Part shown: positions 34,990-46,671 of the stretch, piece by piece
Layout of the letters: every line of letters starts with the position of its first letter
Position numbering within the stretch: position 1 is the stretch's first letter
Source: Nemertoderma westbladi
Lineage: Eukaryota; Animalia; Xenacoelomorpha
DNA: 56,026 nucleotides
Assembly (NCBI GenBank): GCA_032718475.1
Contig: JAUCBJ010000538.1
Span: 1-56,026 of the forward strand
Reading direction: 5' to 3'
Translations under genes and position numbers: made by a program
The notes under the pieces: generated by a model
Databases searched by the model: none
Told to the model about the DNA's origin: nothing
Seen by the model: only the letters and a program-made list of their open reading frames with translations

Positions 34990-36774
34990 CAACATATGGA
35001 GTGGGTGTGTGACTCTATTATTTTGTATTTGTTTTATTTTTATATTTATGTATGTATTATTATGTAATTTTATTTTAATCGTTTTATTTAATTTTATTTA
35101 GTAGTATGGTATTTTAGAGATTATTTAGTAGATTAGTGCAATATATTAGTGTTTATTACGTACGTAATTACTTATAATATATTTAGTGCGACGGCGAGAA
35201 ATAATTATTTTTTCTCTTTCCTTACTGTCCGTATCATATTATAAATACGTGACTACAGTAAGATGAAATATCCGTACTTATTAAAGTACAATAAAGCCAC
35301 TGCTATATTTAAGTATTATTGGTAGGCAGAGTATTAGGAATGCAAAGTTCAGATCCTCGTGTCTCGGCTAAACCAAGCTCTGGGTAGACCTTGGAAACGA
35401 CTTGCCTCTTCACACTGACATTGCTTCGTGCGATATTGCTCTCATACCGTATATTAAATAATACATATAGTAGCGTGATGTCCCTCTAACAGTGGCATGA
35501 AACGCAAATAAATCTGTTAAACCTTTTGACCATCTGTAATTCTAGTCGATTAAGATATCGCGGCACCCACCGATATACTTGAAAGACAAATTCTAGAATC
35601 AGTGGTTAACGTCCCCAGACAAGTTCTGGAATAAATCGGTGCCCATCCTAAATATTAATTATTAATATTTACAAAAATCTGTCAAATATCAGATCCTTTA
35701 AAATTCTAGTCGATTAAGATATCGTAGCACTTACCGATACTCTTAAAAGGACAAAATTCCTAGAATCAAGGATCCCAGTCCCCAGACACGTTCTGGAATA
35801 AAATTGTGTCTATTTAACATTAAATAATAAAATTTACGGGAATAAATTTAAATTCAGATATTTCAATGAATTTAATAAATTGTCATTTTGTACAATTTAT
35901 AACATTCCCAAAATTCCATTAATTAATAGATCATGGGAGCGGAGATTCACTCTATTAAGTGTATTTGTGTGCGAGAATCTCCAATGTATAGTCAATAGCT
36001 GATAAAATTCATAGAATCATGTATAAAGGGGATATTGACCATTAAAGACTTACTATTAAATAGCATCCCAGATCTGTATGCATGAGAATTACCCTAATTC
36101 TACCGCTAGCTTTCCATAATGTCACCATGGCAACAACCACGCTAGAATTAGAAGTGAGTTAAAAGAACAATAGAAGGCATGCCCCATTGAATAGCATAGG
36201 GAATAAATAGCGCACTGCTAGTATCCAAGGATACATAATAAATACAGTGACATTCTGGAAGGTACTTGACTAACGGACAAATGACCCGAATGTGTGATAG
36301 AATGTGTACCATTTGTGACTGTTACGTGGAATTTGTGCGTTTGTAGGTGAATGTTACTACTAAGGTGTGTTTACAGTAGCGAGTCGCAATTGTGAAAGTA
36401 ACCCTAACTCTCCAGTAAGAACCTGAAGTATATCTAAGCCTTTGGGACGGACGGTGGAGTGACTTGTGCTGGTTGTTGTAGTCGTTGTGCAGCTACGACG
36501 TTGGCGATAGGCACATCGGCGAAAGTACACCAGCGCTGAGGATCTCGCACTGTCAGGGGGCAGAGAGGGGTAGGCAGCGACGCCCGCTCGCCTAAATATA
36601 AACTCATTATAATATGGATAAACTTATATAGCAGATATGATTGAGTTGATAGAAGATGATCTTGGTATCAGGGAACGATATACTCTAACTTTACAAGCGT
36701 TTGTTGATAGCTTGATACGCGGCGACGCTGGTCCCACTACTACGGAGGACGATGGTCGTTATAACTAACCGCCA

Positions 36775-38156
36775 ATGTCCCGGGAGCAACTTGCGCGTGG
36801 GTTAGACTGTAGAAAATTCACCGCTCGCTATACGCATCGTAATGGTATGTATATGGACTTCTTAACTACTGGTCATCCTATCGACCTACACGATACGAAC
36901 GATATAGACACCAAAGGGAAATGGTTTATTTAAATATCATACCCAGCGGAAGCGGAACGATAAACTGAGACTCGAACACGAAAATTCTATTCGAAACCGA
37001 CTCGAAAGTGCAGATGTCGAAGACCCGGATAAATGCAGCGACTCCACCAAATACCTGGAATTCTTGAGAGAAACCTATCTCGATATTACCATTCAACAGA
37101 ATCTAGAAACTCGATATCCTCAAGGTATACATCATGACTGCATGGTAGAACTCAAACGGCTCTATTCCACTATGATGTATCTTACCGCCGATCGATCGCT
37201 ACCTGTTGTACCGGATAGCTTCGAACGGATGGAGGAATATTGTAAGCTGGAGAAAGATCACTCGCGTTTCCCCTACAAGACGTGCGTTTTTGGTATTATT
37301 GCGATGAATGCCCAAGACCCAACCAACAAACGGAAAGACATAAACATCCGTGGAGACGTTGCTTTAAACACGGTTTTACTCGCTATACTTACGGGAGTTT
37401 CGAGCGAAACTTGTTCGATGTATCACCTACGCTCATTCGACTCAGACGATCCTTAAATAAACCAATGATCAGAGTTTCGGAATACTCGATCAGAACTCCT
37501 CATTCCCTAGTGAGACTTCAGACTCTTGATCCTATTAGTATGACGGATCCTCCCGAGCTGTACTCACTGCTCAAAGATCTAGTGTTACCTGAACAATTAG
37601 TCGGTGGCACCCTAGTTGTGGGCTTCCTAGATATTAGCCCATTCTACCTAGCCGGATTGGGACGCGGACATTTAATATCGCCGTTTAACCCTTACCATCG
37701 TCCCGGCTTAACACGATATAACCTGTCACCAAAGTGGCGGAGAGCGTTGTACCAAACGAGTTAAACGCTATTCTACAAAGATCAGAAAGGAAACCTGCGT
37801 TTGTTCAGATAAACGTAAGTTGTAACAGCAAGTCCAAGCGATAAACGAATTGTCTTTATCTCAGTTCGATTGTGAAATCCAGAATCTCTAAGAAGATATC
37901 GAACTTAGACAACCCCATTCTCTGCGAGAGTTTTGGATGGACGTATCCAGCTACGAGCGGAGGAAAATCAGCTCGAGGAGAAGCATATCGAAACGGCGGA
38001 TACCCCGACCATAATCCTACACCTTCTGATGCAATCATATTGCACCCTTCACCCAGGATTTATAGCCCTCCTAGTAAAGTGGCTCGCCCCAAAGAGAAAA
38101 GGACTCTTGCTAGCCTCAAAAAACTGCGTAAACGCCGTCTGCGTAAGAAAGACTAA
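36775..38156 (+). pseudogene. Decayed extra 3' ORF region, copy 2 (env position, unknown product)
   Basis: ATG in CCGCCAATGT at 36775; ORF pieces 37064-37456, 37282-37764 and 37872-38156 parallel copy 1. Confidence 0.55.
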
Positions 38157-38226
38157 CTGTTTAGAGTATCTTTATATTTTAGAAACTGTGATTTGTTATA
38201 TTTTATAGACTTAAATCCCATTTTCT

Positions 38227-38234
38227 GGGAGCGG
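38227..38234 (+). promoter_or_regulatory. Polypurine-tract position
   Basis: GGGAGCGG directly precedes both 3' LTRs (also 8236-8243). Confidence 0.65.
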
Positions 38235-39408
38235 TGTAAAAGCTTTTGCGTAATTAGCCGGTTATTTTCCCCGTAAAGTACTCTGTAGTTGGTTTACTGG
38301 GCATAAAAAGGCCGTGTCCTTACTGTACTGGTGTTTTAGAGGACATAAAAGCCATTTCTTCTGTATTTGTACTTTAGAGGACATAATCCGCAATTTCGGG
38401 ACGCAATAAGCTCGATACTCTTGAAAACAGTGTCGCTACCATGACGACGGCTAACAGCTGATATTGCCACGTCGACATTTCTTTGTTTCTTTGTTCTCTC
38501 GTTGTTCGGTCGACCAATCAGAGCGTTTTTTGTCTCTGTGTTGGAGGTGGATACAGAAACTCAGGAATTCAGTGTTATGTTTTTGCCCAGAGCCTAAGAA
38601 CACCGGCTTTTGGCACCTCCGTGTTTCAGTCTTTAGTCTTACATTAGTAGGCTTAATTATAGAACGTATATCTGTTATCTAACCTAACCATACCAATGCA
38701 AACGAGCTACTTACTTAGTCAACAAACTTAATTATATCTTATTAACTTTACTGCTTTTACTGTCTGTTATTCATTATATTTGTTGATGGAAGATTATATC
38801 GGAATACTGATCAATAGTCAGATACCCCACCTTCTTGATATACTAAAGGTTAGAGAGACCGGTTACAGATAAACGATTGCGACCTATGTTAAGTGGTTTG
38901 AAGTGAATCTAATGCTATTTCATATGCCCAACATAAATCGTCTGTTGCTCTCTTTATACGTGACCAAATTTAGTGAATGTCGGCAGATTAGTGTGCAGTA
39001 TTGTGCAGCATTGTGTATGAGTGTAACTGATAACAAAGCATCTCCTAAAGAATGCGCCATATACGTGAATCTATAGCCTTTTCGTTGTGTCTAGTTTAAG
39101 CCATAACTCTGTTTACATATTTAGAGCGCCACGTCCTAAAGGAACTGTTACTATTTCCCGAAAGTGAATAATATTTGTCAGAGATTATATATTACGATCA
39201 GTCGAATAATACAGTAGGCTTACACCATCAATCATTAAGCTCCGAACTCAGTCTCCCGGGTATATCCAACGGGTGAATGATTGCGCATAGACTGGCTTCG
39301 GCTAATGTAGTGTATCAAATACTCGTCATAGGCTAAAGACTATCTATCATCCAAAAGACATTCTAATTTTGGCAGGTTAAACTGTCAAAGGTCTTAAAAG
39401 CGCAAACA
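38235..39408 (+). repeat. 3' LTR (1174 bp)
   Basis: Direct repeat of 27172-28344, followed by TSD TGCAG. Confidence 0.97.
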
Positions 39409-40238
39409 TGCAGTAATATGTGTTACAGTATTAAAAGCATTGAATTTGTCCCATCATAAAATTTATGTTTATTCTAATATCAAAGCTACATAAATCTTCG
39501 ATAATAAATTATCCCGGTTTGTACTGTGTGTAGTTATTTGTAATGCCCTAAAAACTGTCATATCATTTTATCAAAAATAATCCCAGCCATGGCCTGGGAG
39601 TAATGACGTTTATTCTCCTCTGTGCGGTACTGTACGTCATGTAGGCCTAAGCTTATACAGTAGGCCTAAGTGCCTATGATTACAAAATATGGGGGATTGA
39701 ATGAATATGGGGACGGGGGGAGGGGGGGGGGGGGGGGGGGGGTGGGTTGAAAGGGGACAGGAGGGATCTGACCCCAGTTGCAGGCCCTGCAATGTGTATA
39801 GACAGACAGGTCCAGTACGTGCTAAAAACCGGACTCCCCTATACTCATACTCAGCTATATTCATCTAATACTCAGCTATACTCTCACATATACCAAGATA
39901 TACTCAGCTAATAAATCATAGATTCACCTATACACAGCTATATACAGTTAGTCCCGTAGTAGGATGTCCAGAATGAGCTACTGTACATACCGTATTACGC
40001 TACTGTAGTAGACAATGAGCTATAAATCATAAAATTACCCGAGAGGGCAGATGGTGGTTCGGTTGACAAATTAATGGTTCTGGGCCAGACAGACCAGACC
40101 ACAATTGGACCGGACCAATGTCCATAAGATGGCCAAAGTACTGTACTGTAGGGTTGAGCGCAGTGGCAGCATATGATGGTAATGACAGATGGGAGGCCAC
40201 GATGAGTAGCAGTAGTCAATAGAGTATTCCACCATAAG

Positions 40239-40382
40239 TAGCCCTGAGAACTGAACTATGGAACTAAAATTGTTTTTGACATTTTACTCAACTGAAACTG
40301 ATACTTTAATTTTTTGAAACTGAATTTAACAGGTTTATTCAAACTGAAACTAGTACAATTTTTGGTTCAGTTCGCAGCGCTA
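40239..40382. mobile_element. Small hAT-like MITE nested in the foldback element
   Basis: TAGCCCTGAGAACTGAAC and GTTCAGTTCGCAGCGCTA; flanks ACCATAAG and ACAATAAA (6/8 match). Confidence 0.5.
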
Positions 40383-40839
40383 ACAATAAAATTAAGCGTT
40401 TGTCATGTGTTAACTAATGCTTAGTGCTGCCCTTACTAATTTTGTCAGTAAATTTGTAAGCACTGTAAAATAAAATATCTGACAATCCTGAAATCATCAG
40501 TTTGACAGTTAGAAGAAATGCGTACGTACATAAAAAGTCATTCAGCGGACAACAAAAGTTATTATGGTAAATTCGTAAATATATGCAGACAAAAAGTCAG
40601 AACAACGAACATGCAAAAATCGCTGCTCTTAAAAACGGCAGAATCCAGCAATTGCATATTAGTCAGATATGGACATTGGCCATTGTATTTTCCTTTACGT
40701 CCCTATTCAACTGTAGTCTGTCTGGCCCAGAACCAGTCTTGTCAACCGAACGACAATCTGCCCACAATTGCCATTGTATGAAGTTTTTATACTTTAGCTC
40801 ATTGTCTAATATTTGTACCTCATTCTAGGTCATAACTGT

Positions 40840-41757
40840 ATAGCTGTGTATAGATGAGTATAGGTGAATCTATGTTTTATTAGCTGAGTATAGCTGAGTA
40901 TATGGGAGTATAGCTGAGTATAGGGGAGTATAGCTCATTATTAGGTGAGTAGGCCTATAGCTGAGTATAGGTGAATCCATATTGTATTAGCTGAGTATAG
41001 GTGAATCTGTATTGTTTAGCTGAGTATAGGTGAGAATAGCTGAGTATTAGGTGAGTATAGCTGAGTATAGGTGAGAATAGCTGAGTATAGGTGAGTATAG
41101 CTGAGTATAGGTGAGTATAGCTGAGTATAGGTGAGTATAGGTGAATCTATGATTTATTAACTGTGTATAGGTGAATCTGTATTGTATTAGCTGAGTATAG
41201 CTGAGTATTAGGTGAGTATAGCTGAGTATAGGTGAGTATTAGGTGTGTATAGCTGAGTATAGGTGAGTATAGCTGAGTATAGGTGAGAATAGCTGAGTAT
41301 TAGGTGAGTATAGCTGAGTATAGGTGAGAATAGCTGAGTATAGGTGAGTATAGCTGAGTATAGGTGAGTATAGCTGAGTATAGGTGAGTATAGGTGAATC
41401 TATGATTTATTAACTGTGTATAGGTGAATCTGTATTGTATTAGCTGAGTATAGCTGAGTATTAGGTGAGTATAGCTGAGTATAGGTGAGTATTAGGTGTG
41501 TATAGCTGAGTATAGGTGAGTATAGCTGAGTACAGCTGAGTATAGGTGAATCTATGATTTATTAACTGTGTATAGGTGAATCTGTATTGTATTAGCTGAG
41601 TATAGCTGAGTATTATGTGAGTATAGCTGAGTATTAGGTGAGTATAGCTGAGTATAGGTGAGTATTAGGTGAGTATAGCTGAGTATAGGTGAGTATAGCT
41701 GAGTATTAGGTGAGTATAGCTGAGTATTAGGTAAGTATAGCTGAGTAAAGGTGAGTC
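40840..41757. repeat. 10-bp-unit satellite (TATAGCTGAG/TATAGGTGAG) with higher-order repetition
   Basis: Read directly; a short inverted copy lies at 39835-39950. Confidence 0.95.
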
Positions 41758-42492
41758 CGGTTTTTAGCAGGTACCGAATAGAAAAGTCAAAAAGTCATTT
41801 CGAACAAATGTTACAACAAAACGAACTTAAACGCCTTCCCCGAATAAACGCCCCGGCTTTTAGTAAAGTTAATATTTTGAAATTGTTATTTTTAATATTT
41901 TGTTTTACAAATATTTCTAAACAAGTTTAAAACATTTAGAAATCGCTACTTTCATTAATAAATTTCACTAATTTAGAAAAACAACCCTGTCAGAGACGCT
42001 TATTATAATAAATATGAAATATGTCTGATAATATAATAATTAGGCATAACAAAGTAACAAATTCATTTACGGACCTAAATTCAATTTATATTATAATTTT
42101 ATTCATTAAATTTATGCTGCCACTTAAATGAGATCCCATATGAATGAATGGCTGTTTGCAATGTTTCTATGGTGGGTTAATCATTTCGCAGCGACTATAC
42201 AAAGGTTGCACAAACACAGGTAGCGGTAAACATAATACTTTTATTTCATTATAAAAAAAGGCAAAATATCACAATGTTATGTTTCCCTATGTTTAATTGA
42301 GTAGCGGAATAGCACATTGTATGCAATATTAATAATAAACTAGATAATATAACATCTAGCATCTCCCACTCCCACAAAAGTCTGGCAGTAAGTAAGTTGA
42401 GGTATGCAGTAAGGTTAGCAATTATTGTTAAAAAATATGTGATGAAAATTAAGGGAGTTACTCTGTACTCCGGTTGACATAGGGACATGGCT

Positions 42493-43059
42493 TCAATTCT
42501 GTTCCACGGAAACCCCTGTTTCTCCTCCACTGTCGGTCTTCGATTCCTCCTCCTCCCCAGCGAGTATAAAGTGAGTAATCCGCTCCCACAGTCGCTGCCA
42601 TGAGTCCTCCACTGCGGGGGGCAGTCTCCCTCCGTTCGACTGCTCCACCAGCCAGATAACCGCCTCGCCCAGGTTAACCAGGTGTTCAGTGTCTATGTTG
42701 TGCCGGTAATGAGTTCGCCCGATAAATTTGGATAATTCCACAAATAACTCTGGGTCGTCTAGCCCATCAACCAACGAGTTCAACGTGTTCATCACGCGGA
42801 TTACGTGAGCCCGTAGCATCTTAGATTCACGGAGTTCATCGTCCGATAGTTTTAGGAACTTAGTGAAGTAGGGCCGAGCTGCTGGGTCCAGAGTGAAGAA
42901 TTTAAGGAAGAGTTTAATCCCGCCTTGCTGGAGTCCATCGTCGATCACCAACATCCACGAGTCAACGAGTGCGTTCTTCTCGGAAGGCGTAAGTTTAGTG
43001 AGTTCGTCCGGAATGTCTGGGACGGAGTTCCACAGCAGGCCACTCAGGTAACCTCCCAT
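42493..43059 (-). CDS. Globin (188 aa), intronless CDS, predicted N-myristoylated
   Basis: W35 (A12), F51 (B10), P59 (C2), F65 (CD1), H85 (E7) and H117 (F8); N-terminus MGGYLS fits MGxxxS; candidate AATAAA at 42240-42245 (-). Confidence 0.93.
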   Translation of the reverse strand: MGGYLSGLLWNSVPDIPDELTKLTPSEKNALVDSWMLVIDDGLQQGGIKLFLKFFTLDPAARPYFTKFLKLSDDELRESKMLRAHVIRVMNTLNSLVDGLDDPELFVELSKFIGRTHYRHNIDTEHLVNLGEAVIWLVEQSNGGRLPPAVEDSWQRLWERITHFILAGEEEESKTDSGGETGVSVEQN

Positions 43060-43266
43060 GATCTAATGTTGTAATGACTGGTCTGCTGGTACGGTACAGC
43101 AAGTCAGCACCATTGGTGGGTAGAAAGCTTGAAAGCTATGCCTATTACCTACAGCTGTACTGCTATAGACAGAGAGGACAACATCAGGACTGCCGACAGC
43201 ACACTGCTGGAGCTGGACTGTTAAATCAATAAAATTATGAAAAATGTTAAGGGTAAATCTTTTCGA

Positions 43267-43486
43267 CCTACGCGTAGCTACGCGTTGTTTGTAACTTCCA
43301 TTCCTGTCATTTACCGGTAGGGCCAGACTTACTGCCTTTGTAACAACTACGCGTAGGTGTTTTAAAACTACGCGTAGTTATTTTGGAACTACGCGTAGGT
43401 ATTTTGAAACTCCGCGTAGGTGCTACGCGTAGTTACGCGTAGGTGCTACGCGTAGTTACGCGTAGGTGCTACGCGTAGCAGTCCTG
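43267..43486. repeat. Cluster of CTACGCGTAG-type palindromes, possibly a hAT-like subterminal array
   Basis: About 11 ACGCGT-centred motifs; ATCAGGACTGC (43183) and GCAGTCCTGAT (43478) form an inverted pair. Confidence 0.65.
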
Positions 43487-43873
43487 ATAACAATAATTTT
43501 TCATTTCAGGTCCGGTAGGGTTGAGTTGTGAAATTGCAGAATACAGAATAGGAAAGCGTCAGTCTGAGTCTATTACGGTAGTCTGGTAGTAGGTCTGTAC
43601 AGCTGTAGGTACTGCAGTATTGTAGGTTAATTTGTTATTATTACCGGTAGTGTAAGTAGGCTACAGTATTGTACGTTTTGGTGTTCTCTAGCTTTCAATA
43701 CTACTGTACGACTAACTGATATTTGTTTTTTGTTATCTTTAATTGTCTTGAAGTGCTAGAAATATAATTTTAAGTATTAGTAATAACTTAAATTTGTCAC
43801 TAATTAAATATATATAAAAAAAAGTTACCGGTAGAGTACAGGAGTAAAGTAAAATACAGTACCATTTTAATTA

Positions 43874-45354
43874 TCCATTCCCCTGGATGCATATGTACCA
43901 ACTTTTATCCATGTCTTCCCCATTGCACACAATGTAGACCTGTACCAACTTGGAAAGCCAAACTACCCATAAAACCAGACATCAGGGCACTTGGATATAT
44001 ACTGTTCAGTACCGGTACCCGGGGTTAACGTTTTCATGCAACTCCAATGTTCAATTGACTTTGAACATACCGCGATTTGGGCTCGCTTTGGGTTGATTGA
44101 CAGTAGTACTGTACAACTCTGGTTAACAACAGCTGTGGTTTGGGGGGCCTTTTTTTACATAAGCTCCATTATAAGCAGCAGTCAAACTCTGTTCTAAAAT
44201 GGCGCCGAAATACAAACTAGCATACCAGCAACAGCCAGGAATACATATAGAGAAATAGAGAAAAATATAGGACACTGGCTACGGTTAGTGCCCAGTCCCA
44301 ATGATAGTGTACTTGTTCAGAGAGAGGCGCTTTCTTTCCTTCTATGGAATATGGGGCCTTAACCCACCACATTATGCTAAGCTAACTTGATCATGTATTT
44401 TCATGTGGGTGGTCGCAAATATCTTTAAACTAAACTTGATAAAGTTTTATTTATGTAGGGATGCCATATACAGTAACTTAAATAAATATAATAAATCCAG
44501 TATAGAAGTGAGAATAAGTATATTATTTCTTAAACAAATTAATTATCAGTAATATACCGGCAAATAGAAACAAGATCACTATTATTTCTATACTACAAAT
44601 CGTGATGAAATTTATTATATGCAATAATGAATAGTATTTCTGTGTTTTTAATTAATTTTTAATTAATTTTATTTATTTTAATGTCACCGTTTTTATAGTT
44701 TAATTTTAAAGTGTGAACTAATAATGTAATTTTAATGGAGTTCAGGATATTAAATGAAAGTAAATACACTTCTTGTTTACTACTGTAATAACTTATGTTA
44801 ACTAATACATTTTTTGTTTATAACCGCGCCATTTACATGAATTATGGATTATGGATTATGAATCTGAATTTATTTTAATCCCATAACCCACGGAATATTA
44901 GTTAAATAATAATACAAATGGATAACAGGGTAACACTCATACGAGTAAGATAATTATATACAATACAGTAAGTATCCTACGTATGAATTCATATAATTTA
45001 AATATACAGTAGTATGGATTATTAGGAAACCATTTAAAACATTATACATTATAAAGGCACAGGTGGAAGGAAGACTATGTTATGTGCACTGCTGCTACAG
45101 CAGTTCACATAACATACTGTAGTTAGCAGTTAGCAGAGCCAGCAAGAAAGCTCCCTTTTAGACGCTTAGCCCACCCACCACTCACATCAGAGTACTTCCC
45201 ATTCAATGATTGACATTTCATAACGGTAGTTGGCTAGCTTTGATGAGCGCCGCTGTCCCATAGGTTTAATGTAAAAATACTCTCTCTTGGAAGACGATTT
45301 TCTGAGTAGAAACACTTGGACCCATATGTACCAATGTGGGTCCAGGGGAATGGA
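43874..45354. mobile_element. Degenerate piggyBac-like TIR element
   Basis: TCCATTCCCCTGGA and TCCAGGGGAATGGA inverted ends in a TTAA-like context. Confidence 0.5.
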
Positions 45355-45419
45355 TTATTAAATTCGTACTGTACGTTTGTGATTGTGAGAGTGGTGGTGT
45401 AAATTAACGAGACTTGAAA

Positions 45420-45630
45420 ATTATCGAGAGTAAAAATATTGAGAGTATAAACATCGAGAGTAAAATTATCGAGAGTAAAAATATTTAGAGTATAAACATC
45501 GAGAGTAAAATTATCGAGAGTAAAAATATCGAGAGTAAAAATATCGAGAGTAAAAATATCGAGAGTAAAAATATAGAGAGTAAAAATATCGAGAGTAAAA
45601 ATATCGAGTGTAAAAATATCAAGAGTAAAA
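45420..45630. repeat. ~15-bp minisatellite GAGAGTAAAAATATC (~14 copies)
   Basis: Read directly. Confidence 0.95.
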
Positions 45631-45739
45631 TGTGGTTTAAAAATTAGTTTGATAAAATTTAGTTTTGACCAATCCTCCTAAATTTTGGTTCTACAAAAAA
45701 TTTTAATAGGGAAAAGTTGAAAGTCGAAAAATAACTATT

Positions 45740-45885
45740 TACATCATTGCATTGTGTGCAAAGTAGCACTTTGCAGTGTTATGACCCGAGTTTATTTATG
45801 TACCGAGCGAGCGCAGCGAGGGAGGTTTACATAAATAAACAAGAGTCTTTAACGCTGAAAAGTGACCTTTGCAAGCAATGATGTA
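45740..45885. repeat. Long imperfect palindrome with CGAGCGCAGCGAG centre
   Basis: Arms TACATCATTGC/GCAATGATGTA and GTTTATTTATGTA/TACATAAATAAAC. Confidence 0.75.
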
Positions 45886-45986
45886 TGTAATTTTGTTACA
45901 TTATGTCAACTTATCAGCGTTCGGTATGTGAAGGAAGGATTTTATGGATGCTACTGTACATGTATATAAGTGAAATTTATTAACAG

Positions 45987-46204
45987 GTAAGCAAGCAAAC
46001 AGTCGGCCGAAGCCGGAGGCGACCCGAAGGCTCCTCTTTCGATAGCTGCTACCCGAGGGTAGGGGTGGGCGCTACTCCTATCCCATGATTTGCTCACTCA
46101 TTTTATCGACCCCAGTGGATGAAAGGCTGAGTGGACCCTGGCGGGGCTGAACCTACAACCAATAGATTGAAGGCCCGGCGCTCTACCAACTGAGCAAACC
46201 CGCC
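45987..46204 (-). mobile_element. tRNA-headed SINE with Deu/Nin-type central domain
   Basis: A box GCTCAGTTGGTAGAGC, B box GGTTCAGCCCC, core CTCAGCCTTTCATCC...GGGGTCGATAAAATGAGT, and a LINE-like tail ending in (TTGC) repeats. Confidence 0.82.
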
Positions 46205-46671
46205 TTTTCAATTATTGCTTTTTAATTATAAATTTAAATCGAATTAAAGTTTATTGGAAGTTATCTCCTGCATGGATGTGATAAATCATTAACTTGACTT
46301 GACTTAACTTGACTATAGTCGACTGAAGCAAACATAGTCACCGTCTGTGTCAGTTTAGTTTTATTAAACACTGTCGCCATTTTCTTTGGTCATTTTCTCT
46401 AAAGTGTTTTCTATTGGACGTTTCGCCATAATGGATTACAGTAAACGTTAAATAATTATTTACATACTGTAGCTAGTCCCGTCACTGCAAACTGAATACA
46501 GTAATAAAGCAGCACTCATTATCGTAAATGGAAATAATACATTCTAGAATACGGTAATTGAATTAGTTTCCATATCATTGATTACTTTGCAGCGTTCCGC
46601 CCTATAGGCCGATTCAAAGATTGCAAGAATTATCGTTCGCTGAGGGCCATTTACTGTATTCTATTTATTAA

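Larger units (their letters stand above)
27172..39408 (+). mobile_element. Complete BEL/Pao LTR retrotransposon, non-autonomous (lacks RT and integrase core)
   Basis: Two near-identical TG...CA LTRs, 5-bp TSD TGCAG (27167-27171 and 39409-39413), and a BEL/Pao-type Gag-protease ORF. Confidence 0.96.
39818..41771. mobile_element. Foldback-type TIR element with satellite arms
   Basis: TA|CGTGCTAAAAACCGGACTC ... GAGTCCGGTTTTTAGCAGG|TA. The inverted arms extend inward, e.g. TTCTGGGCCAGACAGAC versus GTCTGTCTGGCCCAGAA. Confidence 0.8.

Noticed and set aside
36775-38156. env gene call
   Set aside because: No signal peptide, fusion-protein cysteine pattern or clear TM anchor; the frame is disrupted.
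42249-42530. 93-aa ORF overlapping the globin 3' end
   Set aside because: Lies in the presumptive 3' UTR, is AT-rich and has no recognisable domain.
44196-44206. YY1-like AAAATGGCGCC promoter motif
   Set aside because: A single short motif inside a probable TIR element with no associated gene.
46130-46204. tRNA gene
   Set aside because: Cloverleaf pairing is poor and the sequence continues into a SINE core and tail.
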